Positions 31,790 to 44,200 of a DNA stretch of 64,000 bases are shown one piece after another (the stretch's first letter is position 1; every line of letters starts with the position of its first letter). Source of the DNA: a virus (lineage: Duplodnaviria; Heunggongvirae; Uroviricota; Caudoviricetes); IMG/VR virus record IMGVR_UViG_3300042270_000314; one strand, given 5' to 3'. The position numbers and the translations under genes were made by a program. The notes under the pieces were generated by a model. That model searched no databases, was not told the DNA's origin, and was given only the letters and a program-made list of their open reading frames with translations.

Positions 31790-32476
31790 TTCATATGAGC
31801 TTATTACTTGATTATCATCATTCATATATCCAGATAAATGCATAGTTTCATACACTAAATCATTATTTCTCATTTCAAGAAAAATTTCCTCAATGTATTT
31901 TCCAGCACTTATTGGCTGTAATGCAAATGTATGAACAGTAAAATTTAATTTTCAATTTATCATTCTATAATCATCTTCTGGGATATCTGTTTCCATATCA
32001 GGGGAAATAGATTCTAAAATGACTTTACAATCAAAATGATTATCTATTTCAGGAATTGATACCCTTGTAATTACATATGGAGTAAAATAAGGAATAATTT
32101 GTTCAAAAATTTGATCTATTTCATTATGAAACAATGTAGAAATTGCAAGCTCATATTCAATAGTATATGGAACTAATGTCTTATGATATAACTGTCTATC
32201 ACAAGACAAGACTTTCATATGTTTATTTGTTCCTCGTTCATTTATCGCAGGAGAAATACTTGTAATATAAGCACTCATCATTGGTAGTTTTATTTCATGT
32301 TTCCTTTCATATAATCAATAATAAAACTTTTCTTTTGGTGCATACTTTAAAGGAACAGTTACAAATTCCCTTACTGATCCATCTGAATTATATTTAGCAA
32401 TCTTAATATTGTTAAAAATATTAAGAAATTGAATAGTTGTTTTTCGTAATGTATGATAATGAAAAAATGTATCCAT
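31790..32476 (-). CDS. tail-associated protein (possible gp15/gp3-like tail completion protein), 228 aa, 2 in-frame TGA
   Basis: Track ORF 31952..32281 joined through TGA upstream (ATG 32474-32476) and downstream (TAA ~31790). Confidence 0.4.
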
Positions 32477-32496
32477 AGTTTATCCTAATCTAAAGT

Positions 32497-33153
32497 ATCA
32501 TATCCATAATAAGAAGAATCTACACTATTATTGTCAATAGCATCAGATTCTTCTTCTACTGTATCGTTGTCGCCGAATGCTGATAGAGGTTTTGATATAT
32601 ATTCAAAGTTGATTCCAGGGAAATCAATATCATTCGGTGTATTGAAAACAATCTCATCTGCTGAAGCACTTTGTGAACTGTGTCTGAATGGTTTACAAAT
32701 AAAATCTCAAACCATTTTTTTGCCCTGAAAAATTTTAGATTCGGCACCAACATCAGTAATTTCATACATTTTGTTATTTCATAAAGTTTTAATAACATCA
32801 CCAACTTTAGGAATAAAATCATATGAAATATCTCTTGAAAAAACTGATTTTGTCATCATCATTGATGTAATAACATCATCAGATGAGAACCCAAAAGAAT
32901 TTAATACTTCTGTTTCATTTGTAGGTTCATATATAATTTTTGTTCTATATGGACCATTCCAATTCATATTAGGAATTTCTCCATATAGAAGATCTATGTT
33001 TCCATTTTGAGCATCTAATACATAATACTCAATTGCAAAACCAGAAACATCATTAAATTCCGAGGCAATTGAATCAAACAATTCATATTCTTGTTCTACC
33101 TGTTGAAAGTCTAAAAGCTCTCATTCAGGTTTAAAATTTACATCTAAAGTCAT
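32497..33153 (-). CDS. neck/tail-associated protein (possible gp14-like), ~218 aa, 3 in-frame TGA
   Basis: Track ORF 32779..33081 joined upstream (MTLDVNFKPEW*ELLDFQQ...) and downstream through TGA to TAG ~32497. Confidence 0.35.
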
Positions 33154-33175
33154 TTTGTATTCCTCATATAACTAT

Positions 33176-33586
33176 TTATCGAGAAATCTTAGCATAACCC
33201 GAAACACTTTCTGAGAAGGTTAAAACAACCTGATTGACAGAGGTAAAAGAAACAGAATCCGGGAAAATTTGGAGATAAGAAGAATCAGCAGCAATTATTT
33301 GTACTAATCTTGAATTTAAATTATGATTAATTGTTCATGTTGTGGAAGCAGAACTTTGAGTGTGTTCATATGAGTGGGTATGTGTAAATATTGTACCGGT
33401 TAAAACAGCTTCAACATTAGATTTTGTTATTTCTTTAATTGGAATAATAGATTCTGTTCCATTATTCTTTTTTAAATAAAGTACACCATCAAAAGTATTG
33501 ATTGCTATTTCACCAAGAGACAAATCTCCAATAAGAGGAGATTTTGATGCCACAGAAGACTTTTTGTGAATAATAGTATTTGCCAT
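33176..33586 (-). CDS. hypothetical protein just downstream of the fiber gene (possible fiber chaperone or assembly protein), 1 in-frame TGA
   Basis: Track ORF 33335..33586 joined downstream through TGA. Confidence 0.3.
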
Positions 33587-33676
33587 AAAGATGGACTCCT
33601 TGTACGCTTAAAGAAGCAGGAATAAAAAAAGGGGATATAGAAATATCCCCATAAAATATTTCTTATTTTTATTTAT

Positions 33677-35122
33677 TTAGAATGTTCCACCGTCAATAGT
33701 GATCCCATCAAAAGTTGTTAAGTTTGTAATTGAGCCGCCAGTAATTGCAACGCTTGATGCTGCTTGAGTAGCAATTGTTCCTAATCCTAAAGTAGTTCTT
33801 GCAGTTGAAGCATTATCATCATCAATTAATGATCTACCAAAAGATGTTAATGCTGTTAAGGAGGCAGTAGAAGCACTTGTATAATAAGCAATTCTATCAG
33901 CTGCTGGGGTTAAGGTACCAACAGTAGACAATGCAGTAGACAATGAAATAGTTGGGTTAGCTGATACGCCATTTCCATCTGCGACGGATATGCCAGTTCC
34001 TGAAGTAGAAATAGTTCTTGAAGTAACAGTTCCAGATCCAGTTCTTGTTATTAACCCATTTGTAGATAAATTATGTAATGCTAAAGACTGTCCTGTTAAA
34101 GCAACATCATCAGCACCAACTGTGATACCCGTTCCTGCACCAACATTAAGTGTATTGCCATCTTTTGATAAACCCGTCCCAGCAGTTATTGATCCTGCGC
34201 TTGAAAACTGAACCCATGTAATCGCCGTTGTATCTAATGTACCACCACTATTTGCGGAACATAACCAACCAGTATCGGCGTTTGTAGTACCTTCCTCAAC
34301 AAATACGAATGCTGAAACAACTTCATCCCATGAATTCATATCCGCAGCGCGAGTCCATGCACTACCAGAAACAATATAAATACCATTCTGTGAACTTGTT
34401 GTTTGGTTTTTTACTAATACTCTATCCCCATCTATAACAGAAATATCATCAATTGTTTGTGTTGCAGATAATGTGATATTACCTGTTGTCGCTGCCTTTA
34501 CAGAGTTCTTTGGTTTAATGCCCTGAATTGCAGTATCAACATATAATTTATTTGCAGCATCATTATCATTAACAGGTGTTGCAAGATTTGTAATTCTAAC
34601 ATCATTAAATGATACATTTGATTCTGGTTCGGCCATTTGGTCTAAACCGGATAATCTTACTTGGGTATCAAAATCAGATATTTTGGAAGCTGTTAATGAA
34701 GGGATATCAGAAGCACTAAGTGTTGAACCTAGCGTAACATATCCGTTTGAATTTATAGTAACCTTTGTAAATGTTCCCGTAACTACACCAGTAGGGGCAG
34801 GAACATATCCTATTGATTTTACAAAAGCTGTTGTAGCTACCTTTGTTGAATCATCAGTAGAATCCTGAGTTGGAGCAATAACTGTACCTACAAAAGTTTT
34901 TTCTCCGTCTATAGTTTGATCAATATTATTTTTTGAAACAAAGGCTCCTATACCACCAATAGGTTCTATAGTTGTAGCAGAACCCCCTACACCACCTGTT
35001 CCTTTACCATAATACAAAGTATCATCTGCCTCATTAAATGCTAATTCTGCATTTTCAAGAGAAGAAGGGGCACCTATGGCACCACCTATAGCGCGTCTTT
35101 TAATTCTAATAGTATTTGACAT
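33677..35122 (-). CDS. tail fiber/fibritin-like protein (Gly/Thr/Ser-rich)
   Basis: N-terminus MSNTIRIKRRAIGGAIGAPSSLENAELAFNEADDTLYYGKG is typical of phage fiber N-termini; long low-complexity G/T/S repeats; sits inside the neck/tail module. Confidence 0.6.
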   Translation of the reverse strand: MSNTIRIKRRAIGGAIGAPSSLENAELAFNEADDTLYYGKGTGGVGGSATTIEPIGGIGAFVSKNNIDQTIDGEKTFVGTVIAPTQDSTDDSTKVATTAFVKSIGYVPAPTGVVTGTFTKVTINSNGYVTLGSTLSASDIPSLTASKISDFDTQVRLSGLDQMAEPESNVSFNDVRITNLATPVNDNDAANKLYVDTAIQGIKPKNSVKAATTGNITLSATQTIDDISVIDGDRVLVKNQTTSSQNGIYIVSGSAWTRAADMNSWDEVVSAFVFVEEGTTNADTGWLCSANSGGTLDTTAITWVQFSSAGSITAGTGLSKDGNTLNVGAGTGITVGADDVALTGQSLALHNLSTNGLITRTGSGTVTSRTISTSGTGISVADGNGVSANPTISLSTALSTVGTLTPAADRIAYYTSASTASLTALTSFGRSLIDDDNASTARTTLGLGTIATQAASSVAITGGSITNLTTFDGITIDGGTF

Positions 35123-35331
35123 TTATGTTTCCTTTAAAAATTACCACCATCTAAGATAGTTTCCTTTTTAATATTTTTTCATTTTCCTAGAGAACTTGAA
35201 TATTGTAATAAATCACTATCACTAACATTTTCTATTTGAAAAATATTTATAGCTTCACTTAATTGTTTAATATCTGTGCCAACTGCATTTGCAAAGTTCG
35301 CTAATGTTTCTTCACTTGTCATTTTAATCCC

Positions 35332-35592
35332 CTATACTTTAGCTTCCTCATAAATGGAAGTTAAATCAAAATCTATCTCTGGAACAAATAACCCACCTTC
35401 AACAGTTCTTGATAATCTATTTCCATCATTGGGGCTTACCAAAGATGAAAAATTTGCTGTTTCAATGGATATATCATATGATCTTTCTTCCTTTATAACC
35501 TCTACTGAAATATCATTAGAAAGAAGATCTACCTCAATACTATATTTATTATCTTTTATACCTTCGATATTTACATCAAATACATTTCCCAT
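35332..35592 (-). CDS. hypothetical protein (86 aa)
   Basis: Track ORF. Confidence 0.35.
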   Translation of the reverse strand: MGNVFDVNIEGIKDNKYSIEVDLLSNDISVEVIKEERSYDISIETANFSSLVSPNDGNRLSRTVEGGLFVPEIDFDLTSIYEEAKV

Positions 35593-35623
35593 AATATTAC
35601 CTTGTTATATCATTTATAACATT

Positions 35624-35947
35624 TCAAACTATTTCTGGAATAATGGTGAAGTATCTTTCATCTTGTGTCTTAACTTGCACATCAGAAAATAAATTTCCTC
35701 CGGGAAGAGTAAGAACACGACCAGAAATATTAAAAACACCATTAGAACCATCTATGATTTGAATAGTTCCATCTGTTGTTGACCATTCTGCTAATACGGC
35801 ATCAGAAGGTTTCCTTCCTCTTCTTATTTGCATTTTAATTTCTGTGGATGTTAAATCCAATGGATCGCCATTTACCCTAACAGTAATAGGCCCCATACCA
35901 TTTCACCAATCCCCAGAAATATGTGTAGGTAGTTCTATTTTTTCCAT
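35624..35947 (-). CDS. hypothetical structural-module protein (107 aa, 1 in-frame TGA)
   Basis: Track ORF 35624..35896 extended upstream through TGA (MEKIELPTHISGDWW*NGMGPITV...). Confidence 0.35.
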
Positions 35948-35956
35948 TTTAAATCC

Positions 35957-36250
35957 TTAATAAGTTACTTTTGATCCACCAATAGTGCAATGACAAAAAG
36001 GCTTTCCTTTACTTAGACAACCTTCACAAGGATTGTCGCTTGATCCAGCTGTATAAAATTTAAACTTTGGTTGATCCTCATAAGGCGTAGGCCAATCTTT
36101 TACCCATTTAAAAGTTTTTAAAGGATTCTCAATCTCCATTGGTACATGAGGATTGTTATTTATTACTACTTTATAACATTCACATTCGTTTACATAAGGA
36201 CTTAAACACTTTCCACATTTAGGACAAATCCACCCAAGTTTCTTTTCCAT
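35957..36250 (-). CDS. Cys-rich small protein (putative Zn-binding)
   Basis: CPKCGKC...CEC...CEGC...CHC motifs. Confidence 0.4.
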   Translation of the reverse strand: MEKKLGWICPKCGKCLSPYVNECECYKVVINNNPHVPMEIENPLKTFKWVKDWPTPYEDQPKFKFYTAGSSDNPCEGCLSKGKPFCHCTIGGSKVTY

Positions 36251-37050
36251 TATATTGCTCCCATTGTAATACCATACCCTTCATAGGCATAGTTAGTATC
36301 AATTTCTTCTATTAGTCTATCCATTTCTTCTTTGCCTTCAGAAATTAATTCAGCACCATCCAAAGTTATTCCAGTATTTCCTATTGAATTATAACTTGAA
36401 AACTTTCTTCTAATTTGACCTAATGTTGTTTTTAGTTTTGCTAATGCATATTTTTTAACTCAACCTTCACTAAGTGCTTGATCTTCAAAATCTAAATAGG
36501 TTCAGCCATCAACAAAGGATCCATCATATGCCATACATCTAACTAAAAGATATCCAGCAAAATCCCATTCAGTTCCATTAATAGTTCTGACATCTTTTAA
36601 AACAGGAGTAGGACTCAAGTTAAGAATCTTTTTGTGTCTAGCATACTTAAATGTATATTGCTCAGGCATATATCTTTCTAATGTTTCAATATAATCCATA
36701 GCAAGCTGATACCCAATTAGTCCACCAGATCCCATAAACTGTTGGGGGTCAATATATCCTTGTGTGTATAAAAAATTCTCAATGGTAAAGAGAGTATTAA
36801 TACCTGTACTCCATGTGTCAGATTTGAAGCCCAGTACGTCTGTAACATATGCTGGTAGGACATATTCATATTGACCAGCAGACAGTGGCATAGTAAAATA
36901 ATATTCTTTTGTAGAATTACCTACTGCTCATTCTTCTCATTTTTCCAAAGCATCATCGATGGCATCATTTAGATGATCATCTGTGACTTCAACTTTGTTA
37001 TATGGATACCCCAAATCTCTTTTTAATCTTGCTCTTAAATCAGCTCTAGT
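36250..37050 (-). CDS. gp13: neck protein (T4 gp13-like), ~266 aa, 4 in-frame TGA
   Basis: MTRADLRARLKRDLGYPYNKVEVTDDHLNDAIDDALEKW*EEW*AVG... and C-terminus GITLDGAELISEGKEEMDRLIEEI match T4 gp13 ([38 protein letters not shown]...; [24 protein letters not shown]). Confidence 0.65.
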
Positions 37051-37129
37051 CATATTATTCCTCTAAAAAACTTTATTGTGTTTTAATTATTTATAGAAAT
37101 TTCTAATGGAGAAAAAGAGGATTTTAAGA

Positions 37130-37480
37130 AATCCTAAATTATTAAAATTATTAACTATTCGAAATCCTAAGAAAATGATGTATAAAACATTACGTTTTTC
37201 TATAGATTTTGGTGGATTTCTCGTAAGTTATTGATATTATTAGGAAAACTAAGATTTTGGTGGATTTCTAAGTTATTGAAATAATTAAGCTTCCTGGAAA
37301 CATGAAAAATCTCAAAATTTCCAGACTTTCTGATAAAAAAATATTCGAGATGTGGTATAAACTTGAATTTTCTCTATTTACAACTCCGGAGAAATATGAT
37401 AGTTAATATATTAACTTGGTACGGAGGGTATAGTATATAGAATTATATTGATTGGTGAAACAATATTTTGGTAATATGTA
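37130..37480. repeat. ~340-bp repeated intergenic module (second copy at 59395-59730, partial copy at 13740-13810): tandem ~28-bp direct repeats (TTTCAATAACTTAGAAATCCACCAAAA in minus orientation), palindrome GTTAATATATTAAC, TATA-rich core
   Basis: ~75-bp and ~65-bp blocks are identical between the copies; each copy lies 140-210 bp upstream of the first gene of a minus-strand operon (starts 37050, 59310, 13626). Confidence 0.7.
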
Positions 37481-37540
37481 CTTATGAATTTTTGATAAAT
37501 AATTTATAAACTATATTAATTTGGATGAGGTAAAAGCTAG

Positions 37541-38515
37541 ATGTGTGTAGCAATTGGCTTAAAATTAAAAAATAGAAATAACAAGGAACAATGATTCCTC
37601 TATAAAATTAGGGATAGAGCGTATAAACCAAAATACTCCTTGAAATATTATTCTCATGATGGGATTTCATCAGCATTTCTAATTGATGAATATAATGATT
37701 GGACTGAAGGTATTAATTCAAAAGGCATAATGTTAGTTTCTGTTGCTTTGCAAAATCATGAAGATAAGAAAGACGGTAAAGTTAGACTATCTATTAAAAA
37801 TAGAAAAACTAATAGAAATGGGATTATCTTAAGACAAGTTCTTAAAATGGATAATATCAAAGATGTTGTTGATACTTTGGTTGAAGAAAGATTCGAAGGT
37901 AATACAATAGTCTCAGATGGGGAAAAACTTTTCTATTTAGAAATATTTCTTCATAATAAAACCAAAGAAGCCATTTTAAGGAATTTAGAAATTGATCCAA
38001 TTGAAGATGATGAAGATGTAAAGAAAATCTTACTTAAACATATTGTCCCTGAAGATTATAATGTAAAAGTTAAAGAAATTAAAGACTATAATTTGGTTGT
38101 TAGAACTAATCATGGAATTTTTTTAAAAGATGCTGGTTATACTAAAGAAGATGGAGAAGGTTATAAGTCTTCTATAATGAGAAGAGATACTGTCATTGAT
38201 GCTATAGAAAAAGAAGAACCAAATCATCCATTAGAAGTTTTAACAACATTAAAAAATCTAACTTCTAAAAATTTAGATAGAAATACAAAATTTTGCCCTA
38301 TTAGAGAAGAACCCTCAGATTATATTTCGACATCTATAGTTCTATTAACTCCAACTTCTTCAATGTATGTTGTTCCTTTACAATGTTCTTTTAGTGATTC
38401 TTCTTTTGAAAGAGTTGTTAAGGATAGGGATGTTTCAATAGTTGTTCTACCTAAAAAATTAAAATTATTTGAGAATTCTATTGAAGGTAGAATTCAACAT
38501 TATTTACTATCATAG
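37541..38515 (+). CDS. hypothetical protein with N-terminal Met-Cys (possible Ntn-hydrolase-type enzyme), 324 aa, 1 in-frame TGA
   Basis: Track ORF 37640..38515 extended upstream through TGA to ATG 37541 (MCVAIGLKLKNRNNKEQW*FLYKIRDRAYKPKYSLKYYSHDG...). Confidence 0.35.
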
Positions 38516-38529
38516 GAGTTTTTATTAAA

Positions 38530-39069
38530 ATGGAAATAAGAAATAAATTAAAACAATTAATGCTTGATGAAAATGTAAATACAAAATTCTATTCAGATAT
38601 GACAAAGCAGGAATTTAAAGCTTTTCATAAAAAGAATTTTGAATTGAGAAATAAATGAGCTAAAGATTATATTTTTCTTTTCATTAAAAATTTTAAACAC
38701 ATTTTCCCTGAAGGAATTATCAACCTAAAGAAAGGTGATAAAGGATTTGCACTAAAAGATTTAAAAGAAGAACAAATTTTAAATGCTTGGTCCTTCAATC
38801 AAAAAAAGGCCAAAGAATATGAATATGCCACATCAAATTTAGGAAAAGAAATTGATGCTGATACATTTTTCATGAATGTTCTTGATTGGACAGAAGGATT
38901 TGCTCCTAGATCAATTGATGTTAAAACTGAACAAATAAGAGATATAATTATTAAAAGAATGGATAATGAAGTTACAAATAATAAGACCCCATATGACGTA
39001 GATATTATCGGAGATTGAGATGATCTCAAGGCTGAGGGTTTCTTTGACAAATATCCCCATCTAAAATAG
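38530..39069 (+). CDS. hypothetical protein (~179 aa, 2 in-frame TGA)
   Basis: Hand translation MEIRNKLKQLMLDENVNTKFY...; not in the track because of TGA. Confidence 0.35.
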
Positions 39070-39085
39070 TTTTAGGAGAAAATTT

Positions 39086-39493
39086 GTGGCAATTGATAAA
39101 GATAAAATTGTTGATGATCTACTTAAAGAATATCCAATATATGAACTTGTAGCTTTTGATGAATTGAATATTTCTCAAAAGCTACAAGATAATCCTTATC
39201 AAGTAATTAGATTTCAAGATCAATTACTTAAAGAAAAAATCAGATATGAAGAACTTGAAGAGCTTCAAGAAAAACTTGTTGGTGAACTTTATCACAAGTA
39301 TCGATTTCAATCTGAAGAAGAACTCTCAAACAAGGAAATAGAAAAATACTATTTGCCTAAAGATCCAAAATATCTTAAAATGAAAGAGATTTTGAGAAAA
39401 CAAAAAATTCGTATAGCATTCTTTGAGCTCTGTGTAAAAGGTCTTGATAGACAGTATTGGAGTATGAAAGAATTTGCTAATAAGAGAATCTAA
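39086..39493 (+). CDS. hypothetical protein (135 aa)
   Basis: Track ORF; its stop overlaps the helicase start (TAATG). Confidence 0.4.
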   Translation: MAIDKDKIVDDLLKEYPIYELVAFDELNISQKLQDNPYQVIRFQDQLLKEKIRYEELEELQEKLVGELYHKYRFQSEEELSNKEIEKYYLPKDPKYLKMKEILRKQKIRIAFFELCVKGLDRQYWSMKEFANKRI

Positions 39494-40926
39494 TGATTAC
39501 TTTAAAAATGTATGACAGATTACATATATTTGTAGATTGTGATGATAGAGAAATTTTATTAAAATTAAAAGATCATTTTTCTGAATATGCTCCTGGGTAT
39601 GCTTTTAGTCCAAAGTTTAAAGTTGGACATTGAGATGGAAAAATTTATTTGTTTAGTATCTATGATAAGATTCTTCCTTATGGATTATTGACTGAATTTC
39701 TTTCATTTTACAAAAAGAATTATCCCAAAACCCAACTGATTATAGATGATGAAGTAAAAGAGTTTCTCAAACAGGATTCAAGTTTTGATAATATTGAATT
39801 AGAAAAATGTGAGCCCTGGGATTATCGCCCATACCAAGAAGAATGTATTCGTAAAGCATTAAAATATAAAAAATGTATTATTAGGGCCGCAACTTCTGCA
39901 GGAAAAAGCTATATTATTGCTGGTATAATCAAAAATCTTCTTCATAGCAAGAAAATTTCAAATGCTATGATAATTGTCCCTACTACTTCACTGGTAGAGC
40001 AATTTTATAAAGATATCTTAGACTATGGATTTTATAAAGAAGATCTTGGCCGTGTATATTCAAAATTTAAAGAATGGGATAAGAAGATTGTTATTTCAAC
40101 CTGACAATCTTTATCACATAATGTTTCTCAAGTAGAGAATTTTGATTGTGTAATTATTGATGAAGTACATGGCGCTAGAGCCACAGTTATTAGGGATATT
40201 TTAAAAGCTTCAAATGCAGACTATCGAATTGGCTGTACTGGTACAATGCCTGAAGCAAGACTTGAAACTATGAATGTAAAAAGTTACTTGGGTCCTATAG
40301 TTGTTGAAGTACCAGCATCAGAACTTGCAGACTTAGGATACATCTCAGATAGTAAAATTGTAATGTATCATATTAAATATAATACAAAATTTTCTACTGA
40401 CTATAATGAAGCAAAAGATGAGATATTTAGAAATTCTTTTAGATTAAACAATATATGTAATATTCTTAATAGTATTAATAAAACTGTTTTACTTTTAGTT
40501 GGTAAAGTTGAAACAGAAGGTGAATTCCTTAAACGATTTTTATTGGATCGCGGGTTATGTGAGGAAGACAATATAGTATTCATTTCTGGATCTATGGATA
40601 CATCAGATAGAGAGATCTGAAGACAAAAAGTGATACAAAACCCCGATAAAAAATATATAATTTGCGCAACATACGGGACGTTTAGTACAGGGATCAATAT
40701 ACCTAATTTAGGGCATCTTATTTTTGCTGCCCCCTATAAGTCGAAAATCAGGATACTCCAATCTATAGGCCGGGTTTTACGTAAACATGCATCAAAAAAT
40801 GGTGCTATTATATACGATTTGGTAGATCATAATAACAAATGGTTCCCAAAATACGGCGATATTAGATTAAGATTTTATGATAAAGAAAAGTTTGAAGTAA
40901 TAGAGAAGGAGTTAAAAGAACCTTAA
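39493..40926 (+). CDS. uvsW: SF2 DExH-box DNA helicase (T4 UvsW-like), ~477 aa, 3 in-frame TGA
   Basis: Track ORFs 39649.., 40246.. and 40630..40926 share one frame joined by TGA; motifs RPYQEE, AATSAGKS (Walker A), IIDEVH (DExH), GCTGT (motif III), QSIGRVLR (motif VI). Confidence 0.65.
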
Positions 40927-41210
40927 TGAAATTTAAAGAATTTATGCTTAATGAGATGTTATCTAATGAGATGAATCTCAATGATAAAACTGATGATGAA
41001 ATTTTAAGAATGGCTATTGTTGCTGAACAGGATGCTATTGTTCTTTATCAATTGATGGCTAGAAAAGTAAAAAACAAAAAAGTAAAGGAAGTTCTTCTTG
41101 ATGTTGCTCGAGAAGAAAAAGTTCATATTGGTGAATTTAAAGGCCTTTTAGAAATGTTAGATAAAGAAGAAATTCCTTCAGAGAAAGAAGGAAAAGATGA
41201 AATTGAATAA
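40926..41210 (+). CDS. small hypothetical protein with ferritin-like ExxH motif (94 aa)
   Basis: AIVAEQDAIVLYQ...VAREEKVHIGEF. Confidence 0.3.
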   Translation: MKFKEFMLNEMLSNEMNLNDKTDDEILRMAIVAEQDAIVLYQLMARKVKNKKVKEVLLDVAREEKVHIGEFKGLLEMLDKEEIPSEKEGKDEIE

Positions 41211-41245
41211 ATAATTAAAATATGCTTTAGTAGGAGTCAGTTTAA

Positions 41246-44200
41246 ATGAGAGATTATTTAATAGAAAATCATATATGAAAAGATCAAGAAGGGAAAGATA
41301 AATTCCTTGCAAAAGAAAAGAAAATTACAAATGAATTTTGGATTAATTTTCTTGGCTTTCTTGGTCTGTATGCAAAATATAAAGATGAGAACAAACTCAT
41401 TCAATATTTTAAACAGTCTACAGTAAGACTAGACAAAGTTACTGATACAGATTCTGATCTAATGGTTATTTTGAAAGTCATTGATGACAAAAAAGTTATA
41501 CCTGACATGACTATGACCAAGATTACCAAAATGCTCGCCAAAATTAAAATGGGAACATTGGGTGGGCTGGACGAAAATATGTTTAGAGACGAAATTATCA
41601 AAAGAATAAAAGTTTCATCTTTATACCCATATCCACAAATTTCCGCTCTTCTTAAAGATTTTAAGAAAGGAAATAAAACTTTATCTGATATGCTTCCAGA
41701 ACTCTACAGTTTAGCGATGCAGCATAAGAGAGCACATGAATTTAGGGTATTATATAAAAGGCTTTCAAGTCCTTCAGATAGTACCCAGGATGCTACAGAC
41801 GCACCTGTAACTGTTGATACTGTTGTCCCAAAAGTTTCGTCAGTCAAATCTGCATTAACAGGCGAACCTAAGACTACAAATATTCCTGTTAAAACTCAAG
41901 TTATCCCTACTGATGAGCCAAAAGAAATTCCTGCTCCAACTTGGCAGGATATTACTTTATATACTAATGCAAATCAACTAGATCTTGAATTAAGCACATA
42001 TTATCTTCTAATGTATCTGGTTTCTAATAGTAAATCTTCTAGTGATATTCAAACTATTGTTAGAAGTCTTTATATGAGATATACTCCTTCAAGAACAGTA
42101 ATGAAGCAGTTTTTGTTTGACGAAATTCCAGATGAAATCAAAAAGCAATTCCCTACAATCGAAAAATTATATACCCCAATTAAAGGAGATTTTTCTAGAT
42201 TGTCTCCATATTTTATTGAATATGCATTTAAAGATTCACTTCTTTTTGATTTTAGATATATGGTTAGAACTCTTCAGATGAAAGATAATATAAAAGATCT
42301 ATATACAACTTTTTCTTCTTTTTTTATTGAAGATTTAAAAAAATATTTTTCAGAATGAAGAGGCTCTTTAAAAATTGCTTCTAAAGTTCCTGACAAATAT
42401 ATTGATGAATTAGATTCTATTCTTAAATCTACATTCCCAGATTGTTTGAATGAAAAAAATATAATTAGAGCAATTATTATGCTGCGGGGAAACGATTTTG
42501 AGACTCTTATTCATGGCATTTATGGGGATCAAAAAATTGAAATTGTAGATTATTTAGGGCATTTTGCTGAATATATGACTTTGGATACTATAAATGTTGT
42601 GATTTCTATTGAGAGTAGATCATCAAAAGAAATAGCAAAAAAATGGATTTTATTAGATGATAAAAAAAGTGCAGCATATAGATGAGCTGATTCAATGTTG
42701 ACACTTAAAGACAAAATTGGTGATAAATTATCATATGAAATTCTTAATTCTGAGTTAGTGAAGAGAACAAATCCAACCTCCTTTCATGAATTTTATTTAA
42801 AACATTTGAAAGATAATAATTGAACTTTAAAAGAATATATTGAACACTATAATTTACCATATTCTGAATTTATTGAACGAGTAAAATCAAGTAATGATGA
42901 TCTTAGAAAGTATCTTACTTTGGCATTTTTTTTACATAAAGAATATCAAACAGATCATTCATATTTGATTGAGGATCTTGCACTTGAGACTGGCCCAGGA
43001 TTTAAATGGATAGATGTTTATATTAGTGAACGAGAAGAATTTAGTTTGGTTGGACTTTATTGTTTGAATTATTTTGCATATAAAGGAAACTGGACCAAAT
43101 TTGCGTATTTGGTCAAAACTATAGAAAGAGACTCAAAAAACAATTATCACCCCAAATATATTATTGGCGAAGTTAAAGTTATTAAAAATATTTTTAGGAA
43201 GCTTAATACATCTATGCCTGAGTTTCTACTTTTTTATACACTATTAACAAAATTAATAGATGATAAGTTCGATATGAGTACGGTGCAAAATTGGGGAATT
43301 GAAGCAGATTTTATATTTAAGAACCCCGATTTGTTTATAGATTTAAATAAAATAGTAGCATACAGATTACAGAATTTTATTAAATATTTTGAAAATAGTG
43401 ATTATGATTTATCAAAAAGCATAAAGATAGACGCAGCCATTAAAACTATAATTAAAGAGAATGATGATAGTACATATGGTTTCTTTTCAGTTAAAGACTA
43501 TAGGTTTAATTTAAAAACTTTTAATTCATATAAAGATATATGGTTAGAACATGTAAAATATAAAATTAAGATTTCAGGTCTTCATATTCTAAGAGATTTT
43601 AATTATTTAATTTCGAAAGGATTTTTAGATAAAGCTTTTGTTCAACAATTTTTAGCAGACAATATGGACGATGAAAGATATAAAAAAAATGTATATGATT
43701 ATGTATATAACTTTCCGGTATATGAACAAGATGAATTAAAAAAATCTTTTGCCTTAGAATATTTCGATTCAAAAGACAAAATAAATGATTTCTTATTAAA
43801 TCATGAAGATAATGATTGAAGATTAAAATATCTTAATAGAGCAGGATACTATACATCTAAGGAAGCTACTGAAAATATTGCGGAATATTTAGATCGAAAT
43901 TCTTTCATGATTGGAAAGTTATATGACGATTATGGAGTAGATGCCCTAATAGAATATTTTAAGAATGATAATGTTCAAGGGGTTTGGGATAAAATTAGTT
44001 CTGGTAAAAGACTTTTAAATAAGACCAATAGTCTTGAATATATCATGTTAGATATGTTATCTGATAAAGATAAACTTCAAAAACTTGATGATCTATTAGA
44101 TGCATTTCCTAATAAAATTGCTAATTCATTAGTTAATACATTGAAAGATCAACTTTTGATTTATCCACTATTAAAAGATATTTTCAATGATGATAACCCT

